From: a virus | Taxonomy: Duplodnaviria; Heunggongvirae; Uroviricota; Caudoviricetes | Reading direction: 5' to 3' (one strand) | Length of the DNA: 31,081 nucleotides | Virus record (IMG/VR): IMGVR_UViG_2526164667_000037 | Part shown: positions 8,094 to 17,687 of the stretch, one piece after another | Layout of the letters: the number at the start of each line of letters is the position of its first letter | Numbering within the stretch: position 1 is the first letter of the stretch | The notes under the pieces: model-generated | The model's database searches: none | Told to the model about the DNA's origin: nothing | What the model saw: only the letters and a program-made list of their open reading frames with translations | Program-made: the position numbers and the translations under genes

Positions 8094-8252
8094 ATGCGTT
8101 TCTTCCCGATTTTCAGACTTTTTTAGATCTGCATGCGTTATTGCATCGAATTGCATGCGTTTCCATCTCCTGTAGCGTCTGAGCGTCGCCAGTGCTGGCG
8201 CCCCTCCGGCATGTTCGTGCACCTGCATTAAAACCGCCCTATGAAGCGGGCG

Positions 8253-8271
8253 GGCGAGGCGGGGAAAGCAC
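8253..8271. other. cos site (19-nt cohesive end GGCGAGGCGGGGAAAGCAC)
   Basis: Matches the P2 cohesive-end sequence as I recall it; located upstream of the portal/terminase genes. Confidence 0.85.
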
Positions 8272-8440
8272 TGCGCGCTGGCGGTGGTGCTGATTTTATT
8301 TTTTCAGCGTCTGAGCGCGTCTTGATGGCGTTTAGATTGTGCGCCGGGGCGTTGGTGTGTCTGCGGGGTGTTTTGTGCGGTGGTGAGCGTGTGAGGGCGT
8401 GATGACGGGGTGTAAAAAAGCCGCCCGCAGGCGGCGATGT

Positions 8441-9475
8441 TCAGCCGTTGTCAGTGTCCAGTGAGTAGTTTTTAAAGCGGATGACCTCCTGGCCGAGCCA
8501 GCCGTTTATTTCCCGAATCCTGTCCTGTAACGGGATAAGTTCATTGCGGACAAAGACCTTTGCCACTTTCTCAATATCACCCAGCGACCCGACGTTCTCC
8601 GGCTTGCCGCCCATCAACTGAAAAGGGATGCGGTGCGCGTCCAGCAGGTCTGCGGCGCTGGCTTTTTTGATATTAAAAAAATCGTCCTTCGTTGCCACTT
8701 CACTGAGCGGGATAATTTTAATACCGTCGGCTTTTCCCTGTGGGGCGTAGAGAAACAGGTTTTTAAAGTTGTTGCGGCCTTTCGACTTCACCATGTTTTC
8801 GCGAAGCATTTCGATATCGTTGCGATCCTGCACGGCATCGGTGACGTACATGATGTATCCGGCATGTGCGCCGTTTTCGTAATACTTGCGGCGGAACAGC
8901 GTGGCCGACTCATTCAGCCAGGCAGAGTTAAGGGCGCTGAGATATTCCGGCAGGCCGTACAGCTCCTGATTGATATCCGGCTCCAGCAGGTGAAACACGG
9001 AGCCGGGCGCGAAAGGTGTCGGCTCGTTGAAGGATGGCACCCACCAGTAAACATCCTCCTCCACGCCACGGCGGGTATATTTTGCCGGTGAGGTTTCCAG
9101 TCTGATGACCTTACCGGTAGTGCTGTAGCGCTTTTCCAGAAACGCATTACCGAACACCAGAAAATCCAGCACAAAGCGGCTGAAATCCTGCTGGGAAAGC
9201 CACGGGTGCGGGATAAACGTTGAGGCCAGAATATTACGTTTGACGTAAATCGGTGAGCTGTGATGCACGGCAGCACGCAGGCTTTTTGCCAGACCGGTAA
9301 AGCTGACCGGTGGCTCATACCATCTGCCGTTACTGATGCACTCGACGTAATCCAGAATATCACGGCGGTCGAGTACCGGCACCGGCTCACCAAAGGTGAA
9401 TGCCTCCATTTTCGGGGCGCTGGCAGTCATTGTTTTCACCGCTGGCTGCGGTGTTTTCCCTTTTTTCTTACTCAT
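8441..9475 (-). CDS. Q: Portal protein (344 aa)
   Basis: Same length and position as P2 Q; start overlaps the P stop. Confidence 0.95.
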   Translation of the reverse strand: MSKKKGKTPQPAVKTMTASAPKMEAFTFGEPVPVLDRRDILDYVECISNGRWYEPPVSFTGLAKSLRAAVHHSSPIYVKRNILASTFIPHPWLSQQDFSRFVLDFLVFGNAFLEKRYSTTGKVIRLETSPAKYTRRGVEEDVYWWVPSFNEPTPFAPGSVFHLLEPDINQELYGLPEYLSALNSAWLNESATLFRRKYYENGAHAGYIMYVTDAVQDRNDIEMLRENMVKSKGRNNFKNLFLYAPQGKADGIKIIPLSEVATKDDFFNIKKASAADLLDAHRIPFQLMGGKPENVGSLGDIEKVAKVFVRNELIPLQDRIREINGWLGQEVIRFKNYSLDTDNG

Positions 9476-11247
9476 CAGTAAAACTCCAGAATGGTGGATG
9501 TCAGCGGAGTGCTGATACCGGCGGTGAGTGGCTCATTTAACAGGGCGTGCATGGTCGCCCAGGCGAGGTCGGCGTGGCTGGCTTCCTCGCTGCGGCTGGC
9601 CTCATAGGTGGCGCTGCGTCCGCTGCTGGTCATGGTCTTGCGGATAGCCATGAACGAGCTGGTGATGTCGGTGGCGCTGACGTCATATTCCAGACAGCCA
9701 CGGCGGATAACGTCTTTTGCCTTGAGCACCATTGCAGTTTTCATTTCCGGCGTGTAGCGGATGTCGCGCGCGGCGGGATAGAACGAGCGCACGAGCTGGA
9801 ACACGCCGACACCGAGGCCGGTGGCATCAATTCCGATGTATTCGACGTTGTATTTTTCGGTGAGTTTGCGGATGGATTCCGCCTGGGTGGCAAAGTCCAT
9901 GCCTTTCCACTGGTGACGCTCAAGTATTCTGAATTTGCCACCGGCCACCACCGGCGGTGCCAGTACCACGCATCCGGCGCTGTCGCCACGGTGTGACGGG
10001 TCGTAACCAATCCATACCGGTCGGGAGCCGAACGGATTGGCGGCAAACGGCGCATAGTCTTCCCATTCTTCCAGCGTGTCGACCATGCAGCGTTGCAGCT
10101 CCTCGAACGGGAACACCGACGCCTTGTCGTCAACAAATTCACACATGAACAGGTTTTTAAAATCGTCGGCGCTGTTTTCACGTTTGAGCTGCTCAATGTC
10201 GAACAGCGTGCAGCCGCCTTTCAGGGCATCCTCAATGGTGACAATCTGCCGCCACTGGCCGTCCGCACAGAGAAGACCTCCGGCAAGGGCGTTATGACTG
10301 ACGTCGATTTCCACGCGTTCGGCGGCGCTGGCGCGTCCCCGGTTGAACAGTTCACCAGACCAGAACGGGTAGGCGTCGTGCGCCAGCGTGGACGGGGTGG
10401 AGAAATAGGTCGAGCGCAGGTGACTCTGTGAGGCCATACCTGATGCCACCTTACGCAGTACCTGAAAATTCGGGATCCAGAAAATCTCGTCGACGTACAG
10501 GTCGCCGTTATGGCTCTGTGCGGTGTTGGAGTTGGTGCCGAGAAAAATCAGTTTTGCGCCGTTATTGCCCAGGACAATCGGGTCACCGGTCAGGTCAACG
10601 TCAACCAGACGGGCAAAGGCGATGATGTATTCGCGGAACACATACGCCTGCGTTTTACTGGCCGACAGAAAAATCTGGTTATGGCCGGTTTTCAGGGCGC
10701 GCAGCAGCGCCTCACGGGAAAAATAAAACGTCGCGCCAATCTGGCGGGATTTCAGGATATCGCGGATGCGGTGCTCAAGCCCGGCGCGATACCAGTGCAA
10801 CTGATAGTCGAAAGACTGCTCAAAGAAAATCTGCTCCAGCTTTTCGATGGCCTCGTCACTGAAAAAATTCTTTTTCGGTTTGCGCCGCCCGCCTTTGTTG
10901 CGGTTAGCGACGTTCGGATTAAGGTCTGCCTCGTTGCCGGTCTGGCTGTAGCGGTTTACCCGTGCCAGTCGTTCAATCTGGCGTCCGAGCAGGTCAATTT
11001 CCTTGAAGTCACCGCCGGTTTTCTGCGGTTTGATGATGAGCTGGGTCAGCCGCGCTTCCAGGCTCATTTCGACACGGCTGATGGGGGCAACACTGTCCCA
11101 GCCGTCGCGCTGTTTCCAGCTCTGCACCGTCGGGCGTTTCATCTGCAACATGGCGGCAATCTGCGGCACGGAAAACCCCTGCCAGTACAGCAGCGCCGCC
11201 TGACGACGCGGGTCGTGTAAAAGAGTGGTGTCTGTGGTGATGGTCAT
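9475..11247 (-). CDS. P: Terminase large (ATPase) subunit (590 aa)
   Basis: Start MTITTDTTLLHDPRRQ at 11247 gives the P2 P length; the 10-codon upstream extension is rejected. Confidence 0.95.
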   Translation of the reverse strand: MTITTDTTLLHDPRRQAALLYWQGFSVPQIAAMLQMKRPTVQSWKQRDGWDSVAPISRVEMSLEARLTQLIIKPQKTGGDFKEIDLLGRQIERLARVNRYSQTGNEADLNPNVANRNKGGRRKPKKNFFSDEAIEKLEQIFFEQSFDYQLHWYRAGLEHRIRDILKSRQIGATFYFSREALLRALKTGHNQIFLSASKTQAYVFREYIIAFARLVDVDLTGDPIVLGNNGAKLIFLGTNSNTAQSHNGDLYVDEIFWIPNFQVLRKVASGMASQSHLRSTYFSTPSTLAHDAYPFWSGELFNRGRASAAERVEIDVSHNALAGGLLCADGQWRQIVTIEDALKGGCTLFDIEQLKRENSADDFKNLFMCEFVDDKASVFPFEELQRCMVDTLEEWEDYAPFAANPFGSRPVWIGYDPSHRGDSAGCVVLAPPVVAGGKFRILERHQWKGMDFATQAESIRKLTEKYNVEYIGIDATGLGVGVFQLVRSFYPAARDIRYTPEMKTAMVLKAKDVIRRGCLEYDVSATDITSSFMAIRKTMTSSGRSATYEASRSEEASHADLAWATMHALLNEPLTAGISTPLTSTILEFY

Positions 11248-11420
11248 GAATACCTCGCCGTGATGAATACACGGCAAGGCTACTGAGTCGCGCCCCGCGA
11301 TTCGCTAAGGTGCTGTTGTGTCAGTGATAAGCCATCCGGGACTGATGGCGGAGGATGCGCATCGTCGGGAAACTGATGCCGACATGTGACTCCTCTAATC
11401 ACTATTCAGGACTCCTGACA

Positions 11421-12275
11421 ATGGCAAAAAAAGTCTCAAAATTCTTTCGTATCGGCGTTGAGGGTGACACCTGTGACGGGCGTGTCATCAGTGCGCAGGA
11501 TATTCAGGAAATGGCCGAAACCTTTGACCCGCGAGTCTATGGTTGCCGCATTAACCTGGAACATCTGCGCGGCATCCTGCCTGACGGTATTTTTAAGCGT
11601 TATGGCGATGTGGTCGAACTGAAGGCCGAAAAGATTGACGATGATTCGGCGCTGAAAGGCAAATGGGCGCTGTTTGCGAAAATCACCCCGACCGATGACC
11701 TTATCGCGATGAACAAGGCCGCGCAGAAGGTCTACACCTCAATGGAAATTCAGCCGAACTTTGCCAATACCGGCAAATGTTATCTGGTGGGTCTGGCCGT
11801 CACCGATGACCCGGCAAGCCTCGGCACGGAATACCTGGAATTCTGCCGCACGGCAAAACACAACCCTCTGAACCGCTTCAAATTAAGCCCTGAAAACCTG
11901 ATTTCAGTGGCAACGCCTGTTGAGCTGGAATTTGAAGACCTGCCTGAAACCGTGTTCACAGCCCTGACCGAAAAGGTGAAATCCATTTTTGGCCGCAAAC
12001 AGGCCAGCGATGACGCCCGTCTGAATGACGTGCATGAAGCGGTGACCGCTGTCGCTGAGCATGTGCAGGAAAAACTGAGCGCCACTGAGCAGCGCCTTGC
12101 TGAGATGGAAACCGCCTTTTCCGCACTTAAGCAGGATGTGACTGACAGGGCGGATGAAACCAGTCAGGCATTCACCCGCCTGAAAAACAGTCTCGACCAC
12201 ACCGAAAGTCTGACCCAGCAGCGCCGCAGCAAGGCCACCGGTGGTGGCGGTGACGCCCTGATGACGAACTGCTGA
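11421..12275 (+). CDS. O: Capsid scaffolding protein (284 aa)
   Basis: Start MAKKVSKFFRIGVEGD at 11421; divergent from P as in P2. Confidence 0.95.
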   Translation: MAKKVSKFFRIGVEGDTCDGRVISAQDIQEMAETFDPRVYGCRINLEHLRGILPDGIFKRYGDVVELKAEKIDDDSALKGKWALFAKITPTDDLIAMNKAAQKVYTSMEIQPNFANTGKCYLVGLAVTDDPASLGTEYLEFCRTAKHNPLNRFKLSPENLISVATPVELEFEDLPETVFTALTEKVKSIFGRKQASDDARLNDVHEAVTAVAEHVQEKLSATEQRLAEMETAFSALKQDVTDRADETSQAFTRLKNSLDHTESLTQQRRSKATGGGGDALMTNC

Positions 12276-12333
12276 CCGGCTTCAGTCAGTCCGGGAAAAC
12301 CTTCACGATTAACCCTTAATTTCAGGAAAAACT

Positions 12334-13407
12334 ATGCGCCAGGAAACCCGCTTTAAATTTAATGCCTACCTGTCCCGTGTTGCCGAACTGAACGGCATCG
12401 ACGCCGGTGATGTGTCGAAAAAATTCACCGTTGAACCGTCGGTCACCCAGACCCTGATGAACACCATGCAGGAGTCCTCTGACTTTCTGACCCGCATCAA
12501 CATTGTGCCGGTCAGCGAAATGAAAGGGGAAAAAATTGGCATCGGTGTCACCGGCTCCATCGCCAGCACCACCGACACCGCCGGTGGCACCGAGCGTCAG
12601 CCGAAGGACTTCTCGAAGCTGGCGTCAAACAAGTACGAATGCGACCAGATTAACTTCGATTTTTATATCCGCTACAAAACGCTGGACCTGTGGGCGCGTT
12701 ATCAGGATTTCCAGCTCCGTGTCCGTAACGCCATTATCAAACGCCAGTCCCTTGATTTAATCATGGCCGGTTTTAACGGCGTGAGGCGTGCCGAAACCTC
12801 TGACCGCAGCAGCAATCCGATGCTGCAGGATGTGGCGGTCGGCTGGCTGCAGAAATACCGCAATGAAGCCCCGGCGCGCGTGATGAGCAAGGTCACTGAC
12901 GAGGAAGGGCACACCACCTCTGAGGTTATCCGCGTGGGTAAGGGCGGTGATTATGCCAGCCTTGACGCACTGGTGATGGATGCGACCAACAACCTGATTG
13001 AGCCGTGGTATCAGGAAGACCCTGACCTTGTGGTGATTGTGGGACGTCAGCTACTGGCGGACAAGTATTTCCCCATCGTTAACAAGGAGCAGGACAACAG
13101 CGAAATGCTGGCCGCTGACGTCATCATCAGCCAGAAACGCATCGGTAACCTGCCGGCGGTACGCGTCCCGTACTTCCCGGCGGATGCGATGCTCATCACA
13201 AAGCTGGAAAACCTGTCCATCTACTACATGGATGACAGCCATCGCCGCGTGATTGAGGAAAACCCGAAACTCGACCGCGTGGAGAACTACGAGTCAATGA
13301 ACATTGATTACGTGGTGGAAGACTACGCCGCCGGTTGTCTGGTGGAAAAAATTAAGGTCGGTGATTTCTCCACACTGGCTAAAGCGACCGCAGAGCCGGG
13401 AGCGTAA
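12334..13407 (+). CDS. N: Major capsid protein (357 aa)
   Basis: Length and position as P2 N. Confidence 0.95.
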   Translation: MRQETRFKFNAYLSRVAELNGIDAGDVSKKFTVEPSVTQTLMNTMQESSDFLTRINIVPVSEMKGEKIGIGVTGSIASTTDTAGGTERQPKDFSKLASNKYECDQINFDFYIRYKTLDLWARYQDFQLRVRNAIIKRQSLDLIMAGFNGVRRAETSDRSSNPMLQDVAVGWLQKYRNEAPARVMSKVTDEEGHTTSEVIRVGKGGDYASLDALVMDATNNLIEPWYQEDPDLVVIVGRQLLADKYFPIVNKEQDNSEMLAADVIISQKRIGNLPAVRVPYFPADAMLITKLENLSIYYMDDSHRRVIEENPKLDRVENYESMNIDYVVEDYAAGCLVEKIKVGDFSTLAKATAEPGA

Positions 13408-13410
13408 CCG

Positions 13411-14154
13411 ATGACGAGTCCCGCACAGCGCCACATGATGCGGGTCTCGGCAGCGATGACCGCGCAGCGGGAAGCCGCCCCGCTGCGACATGCAACTGTC
13501 TATGAGCAGATGCTGGTCAAGCTCGCCGCAGACCAGCGCACACTGAAAGCGATTTATTCAAAAGAGCTGAAGGCCGCAAAAAAACGCGAACTGCTGCCGT
13601 TCTGGTTGCCGTGGGTGAACGGCGTACTGGAGCAGGGCAAAGGTGCACAGGATGACATTCTGATGACAGTCATGCTGTGGCGTCTGGATACCGGCGATAT
13701 TGCCGGTGCGCTGGAGATTGCCCGTTATGCCCTGAAGTACGGTCTGACCATGCCGGGTAAACACCGCCGCACCCCGCCGTACATGTTCACCGAGGAGGTG
13801 GCGCTCGCGGCCATGCGCGCCCACGCTGCCGGTGAGTCTGTGGATCCCCGCCTGCTGACGGACACCCTCGAACTGACCGCCACGGCTGACATGCCTGATG
13901 AAGTGCGCGCAAAGCTGCATAAAATCACCGGTCTGTTTCTGCGTGACGGTGGTGATGCCGCCAGTGCGCTGGCGCACCTGCAACGTGCGACACAGCTCGA
14001 CTGTCAGGCCGGCGTCAAAAAAGAGATTGAACGGCTGGAGCGGGAGCTGAAACCGAAGCCGGAGCCGCAGCCCAAAGCGGCCACCCGTGTCCCGCGTAAG
14101 ACCCGGAGCGTGACACCGGCAAAACGTGGACGCCCGAAAAAGAAAGCCAGTTAA
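13411..14154 (+). CDS. M: Terminase small (endonuclease) subunit (247 aa)
   Basis: Length and position as P2 M. Confidence 0.95.
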   Translation: MTSPAQRHMMRVSAAMTAQREAAPLRHATVYEQMLVKLAADQRTLKAIYSKELKAAKKRELLPFWLPWVNGVLEQGKGAQDDILMTVMLWRLDTGDIAGALEIARYALKYGLTMPGKHRRTPPYMFTEEVALAAMRAHAAGESVDPRLLTDTLELTATADMPDEVRAKLHKITGLFLRDGGDAASALAHLQRATQLDCQAGVKKEIERLERELKPKPEPQPKAATRVPRKTRSVTPAKRGRPKKKAS

Positions 14155-14253
14155 CAACCGAATGCGCCCCGCGCCAGGGCGGCACGCCGGTCAGTGAGGG
14201 TGAATCACCTGACACTGCACCGGCGTCCACCGCCCGACTTTTCAGAGGTAGTC

Positions 14254-14763
14254 ATGATGACGCTGATTATTCCGCGAAAGGAGGCTCCTGTATCCGGTGA
14301 GGGTACGGTGGTCATCCCGCAACCGGCAGGCGACGAGCCGGTGATTAAAAACACGTTCTTTTTTCCCGATATCGACCCGAAGCGCGTCCGGGAACGTATG
14401 CGCCTTGAGCAGACCGTCGCCCCCGCCCGTCTGCGTGAGGCCATCAAGTCAGGCATGGCGGAGACGAATGCGGAGCTGTACGAGTACCGCGAACAGAAAA
14501 TTGCCGCCGGTTTTACACGTCTGGCGGACGTCCCGGCGGACGACATCGACGGTGAAAGCATCAAAGTTTTTTACTACGAGCGCGCCGTGTGTGCGATGGC
14601 GACCGCGTCACTTTATGAACGTTATCGCGGTGTGGATGCCAGTGCGAAAGGCGACAAGAAGGCCGACAGCATTGACAGCACCATTGATGAGCTGTGGCGG
14701 GATATGCGCTGGGCAGTGGCGCGCATCCAGGACAAGCCGCGCTGCATCGTGAGTCAAATCTGA
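14254..14763 (+). CDS. L: Head completion/stabilisation protein (169 aa)
   Basis: Start MMTLIIPRKEAP at 14254 gives the P2 L length. Confidence 0.9.
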   Translation: MMTLIIPRKEAPVSGEGTVVIPQPAGDEPVIKNTFFFPDIDPKRVRERMRLEQTVAPARLREAIKSGMAETNAELYEYREQKIAAGFTRLADVPADDIDGESIKVFYYERAVCAMATASLYERYRGVDASAKGDKKADSIDSTIDELWRDMRWAVARIQDKPRCIVSQI

Positions 14764-14966
14764 TGAAGACCTTTGCGCTACAGGGCGACACGCTCGACGC
14801 CATCTGTGTCCGGTATTACGGGCGCACTGAGGGCGTGGTCGAGGCCGTGCTCGCCGCAAATCCGGGACTGGCTGAACTGGGTGCGGTGCTGCCGCACGGC
14901 ACCGCCGTCGAACTGCCCGACGTTCAGACCGCGCCCGTGGCTGAAACTGTCAATCTGTGGGAGTAA
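14763..14966 (+). CDS. X: Tail protein X (67 aa)
   Basis: ATG overlaps the L stop (TGATG); start MKTFALQGDTLDAICVRYYG. Confidence 0.9.
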   Translation: MKTFALQGDTLDAICVRYYGRTEGVVEAVLAANPGLAELGAVLPHGTAVELPDVQTAPVAETVNLWE

Positions 14967-14969
14967 CGC

Positions 14970-15251
14970 ATGACAGCAGAAGAAAAAAGCGTCCTGTCGC
15001 TTTTTATGATTGGAGTGCTGATTGTTGTCGGCAAGGTGCTTGCCGGTGGTGAACCCATCACCCCGCGTCTGTTTATCGGGCGCATGTTGCTCGGTGGTTT
15101 TGTCTCGATGGTTGCCGGTGTTGTTCTGGTGCAGTTTCCTGACCTGTCACTGCCTGCGGTGTGCGGCATCGGCTCCATGCTGGGTATCGCCGGCTATCAG
15201 GTGATTGAGATTGCCATTCAGCGCCGTTTTAAGGGCAGGGGGAAACCGTAA
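14970..15251 (+). CDS. Y: Holin (93 aa)
   Basis: Hydrophobic membrane protein at the holin position, same length as P2 Y. Confidence 0.9.
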   Translation: MTAEEKSVLSLFMIGVLIVVGKVLAGGEPITPRLFIGRMLLGGFVSMVAGVVLVQFPDLSLPAVCGIGSMLGIAGYQVIEIAIQRRFKGRGKP

Positions 15252-15748
15252 TGCCGGTAATTAACACGCATCAGAATATCGCCGCCTTTCTCGACATGCT
15301 GGCCGTGTCCGAAGGGACGGCGAATCATCCGCTGACGAAAAACCGGGGCTATGACGTGATAGTCACCGGACTGGACGGAAAGCCGGAAATTTTCACCGAC
15401 TACAGTGACCACCCGTTCGCACATGGCCGACCGGCGAAGGTGTTTAACCGTCGCGGTGAAAAATCCACGGCCTCCGGTCGCTATCAGCAACTTTACCTGT
15501 TCTGGCCGCATTACCGCAAACAGCTTGCCCTGCCGGATTTCAGTCCGTTGTCACAGGACAGGCTCGCCATTCAGTTGATCCGCGAACGCGGTGCACTGGA
15601 TGACATCCGGGCGGGACGCATTGAGCGCGCCATTTCACGCTGTCGCAATATCTGGGCGTCCCTGCCGGGTGCCGGTTACGGTCAGCGTGAGCATTCACTG
15701 GAAAAACTGGTCACCGTCTGGCGTACCGCTGGCGGCGTACCGGCTTAA
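15251..15748 (+). CDS. K: Endolysin / lysozyme (165 aa)
   Basis: Length and position as P2 K. Confidence 0.9.
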   Translation: MPVINTHQNIAAFLDMLAVSEGTANHPLTKNRGYDVIVTGLDGKPEIFTDYSDHPFAHGRPAKVFNRRGEKSTASGRYQQLYLFWPHYRKQLALPDFSPLSQDRLAIQLIRERGALDDIRAGRIERAISRCRNIWASLPGAGYGQREHSLEKLVTVWRTAGGVPA

Positions 15749-15762
15749 ACGGAGTAAACACC

Positions 15763-16188
15763 ATGAAGAAATTATCCCTTTCACTGATGCTGAATGTGTC
15801 GCTGGCGCTGATGCTGGCACTGTCCCTGATTTACCCGCAGAGCGTGGCCGTCAATTTTGTCGCCACCTGGGCGATTCTGGCGACGGTTATCTGTGTGGTT
15901 GCCGGTGGTGTCGGTGTGTATGCCACTGAGTATGTACTGGAACGCTACGGACGGGAGCTGCCGCCGGAATCGCTGGCCGTGAAGATTGTCGCGTCGCTGT
16001 TTTTGCAGCCGGTGCCGTGGCGCAGACGGGCGGCGGCTCTGGTGGTGATGGTGGCGACGTTTATCTCGCTGGTCGCTGCCGGGTGGATTTTTACCGCGCT
16101 GATTTACCTCGTGGCGTCGGTGTTCTTCCGGCTGATACGCACGGCCTGTCGTCAGCGTTTTGAGGGGCGGGAACCATGTCAAAGCTGA
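15763..16188 (+). CDS. lysA: Lysis accessory membrane protein LysA (141 aa)
   Basis: Multi-TM hydrophobic protein after K, as in P2. Confidence 0.85.
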   Translation: MKKLSLSLMLNVSLALMLALSLIYPQSVAVNFVATWAILATVICVVAGGVGVYATEYVLERYGRELPPESLAVKIVASLFLQPVPWRRRAAALVVMVATFISLVAAGWIFTALIYLVASVFFRLIRTACRQRFEGREPCQS

Positions 16189-16646
16189 TGATTGTGCTGG
16201 TTGTGTTGTTATCACTGGCGGTGGCCGGTCTGTTTCTGGCGAAGCATGAAAACGCCAGCCTGCGCACCTCGCTGGACAGGGCGAACAACGTAGCCAGCGA
16301 GCAACAGGCGACCATCACCATGCTGAAAAATCAGCTTCATGTTGCGCTCACCAGGGCAGACAAAAACGAGCTGGCGCAGGTGGCACTGCGTCAGGAACTG
16401 GAAAACGCCGCGAAGCGTGAAGCTCAGCGCGAGAAAACCATCACGAGATTACTCAATGAAAACGAAGATTTCCGCCGCTGGTATGGCGCTGACCTGCCTG
16501 ATGCTGTGCGCCGGTTGCACCAGCGCCCCGCCTGCACCGACGCCAGTGATTGTCCACAACGCCTGCCCGAAAGTGAGTCTTTGCCCGATGCCGGGCAGTG
16601 CCCCGCAGACGAACGGCGATTTAAGTGCCGATATCCGGCAGCTTGA
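16176..16646 (+). CDS. lysB: Inner-membrane spanin component (Rz-like), 156 aa
   Basis: N-terminal TM helix followed by a charged coiled-coil-like region; P2 lysB position. Confidence 0.85.
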   Translation: MSKLMIVLVVLLSLAVAGLFLAKHENASLRTSLDRANNVASEQQATITMLKNQLHVALTRADKNELAQVALRQELENAAKREAQREKTITRLLNENEDFRRWYGADLPDAVRRLHQRPACTDASDCPQRLPESESLPDAGQCPADERRFKCRYPAA

Positions 16647-16746
16647 GAACGCGCTGGCACGCTGTGCCAGCCAGGTAAAAATGATTAAACACTGTCAGGA
16701 CGAAAACGATGCTCAAACCCGACAGCCTGCGCAGGGCGCTGACTGA
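16456..16746 (+). CDS. lysC: Outer-membrane lipoprotein spanin (Rz1-like), 96 aa, embedded out of frame in lysB
   Basis: ATG 16456; signal peptide with lipobox-like LCAGC; Pro-rich mature region; nested frame as in P2 lysB/lysC. Confidence 0.8.
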   Translation: MKTKISAAGMALTCLMLCAGCTSAPPAPTPVIVHNACPKVSLCPMPGSAPQTNGDLSADIRQLENALARCASQVKMIKHCQDENDAQTRQPAQGAD

Positions 16747-17176
16747 TGCCGTCACGGTGCTGAAAACCAGTCCCGAGATGCTGCGGATATTCGTGGATAA
16801 CGGGAGTATTGCCTCCACGCTGGCGACGTCGTTGTCATTCGAAAAGCGTTACACGCTCAATGTGATTGTGACCGACTTTACCGGTGATTTTGACCTGCTC
16901 ATCGTGCCGGTGCTGGCGTGGCTGCGGGAAAATCAGCCCGACATCATGACCACCGACGCAGGCCAGAAAAAGGGCTTCACGTTTTATGCAGACATCAACA
17001 ATGACAGCAGCTTTGATATCAGCATCAGCCTGATGCTGACCGAGCGCACGCTGGTCAGTGAGGTGGACGGCGCACTGCATGTGAAGAATATCCCGGAACC
17101 CCCGCCGCCGGAGCCGGTCACCCGCCCGGTGGAGCTTTATATCAATGGCGAACTGGTGAGCAAGTGGGATGAATGA
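16709..17176 (+). CDS. R: Tail completion protein R (155 aa)
   Basis: Length and position as P2 R. Confidence 0.9.
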   Translation: MLKPDSLRRALTDAVTVLKTSPEMLRIFVDNGSIASTLATSLSFEKRYTLNVIVTDFTGDFDLLIVPVLAWLRENQPDIMTTDAGQKKGFTFYADINNDSSFDISISLMLTERTLVSEVDGALHVKNIPEPPPPEPVTRPVELYINGELVSKWDE

Positions 17177-17621
17177 GTTTAAGCGTTTTGAAGACCGGCT
17201 GACCGGACTGATTGAATCGCTGTCACCGTCAGGGCGTCGGCGACTGAGCGCCGAACTGGCGAAACGTCTGCGGCAGAGTCAGCAGCGTCGGGTGATGGCT
17301 CAGAAAGCCCCGGACGGCACACCCTACGCGCCACGCCAGCAGCAGAGCGCCAGAAAAAAGACTGGTCGTGTTAAGCGAAAAATGTTTGCGAAACTTATCA
17401 CCAGTCGTTTTTTGCATATCCGCGCCAGCCCGGAACAGGCATCAATGGAGTTTTACGGCGGGAAGTCACCGAAAATCGCCAGTGTGCATCAGTTCGGTCT
17501 GTCGGAAGAAACCCGGAAAGACGGTAAGAAAATTGATTATCCGGCGCGTCCTCTGCTCGGCTTTACCGGTGAGGATGTGCAGATGATTGAAGAGATTATT
17601 CTGGCTCACCTCGACCGTTAG
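17169..17621 (+). CDS. S: Tail completion protein S (150 aa)
   Basis: Length and position as P2 S. Confidence 0.9.
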   Translation: MNEFKRFEDRLTGLIESLSPSGRRRLSAELAKRLRQSQQRRVMAQKAPDGTPYAPRQQQSARKKTGRVKRKMFAKLITSRFLHIRASPEQASMEFYGGKSPKIASVHQFGLSEETRKDGKKIDYPARPLLGFTGEDVQMIEEIILAHLDR

Positions 17622-17687
17622 TTGTGCCATTCCTGACACCTCATCGTCACATTGCCGCCGGTATGACCCGGCGGCATCCTTCCCGTT

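Noticed and set aside
8019-8228. 69-aa reverse ORF between the cassette and cos
   Set aside because: It runs straight through the terminator hairpins at 8028-8093 and has no RBS; most likely non-coding cos-proximal sequence
8633-11220. Many overlapping ORFs of 60-236 aa on the strand opposite Q and P
   Set aside because: GC-rich antisense frames inside the portal and terminase genes, whose identity is strongly supported; typical shadow ORFs
11248-11420. Ogr-dependent late promoters (TGT-N12-ACA dyad) in the P-O intergenic region and upstream of FI
   Set aside because: Late promoters are expected here by analogy with P2, but I found no exact TGT-N12-ACA match by eye, so no coordinates are claimed; a position-weight-matrix scan would be needed
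13558-14157. 199-aa reverse ORF inside M
   Set aside because: Antisense to the conserved terminase small subunit gene
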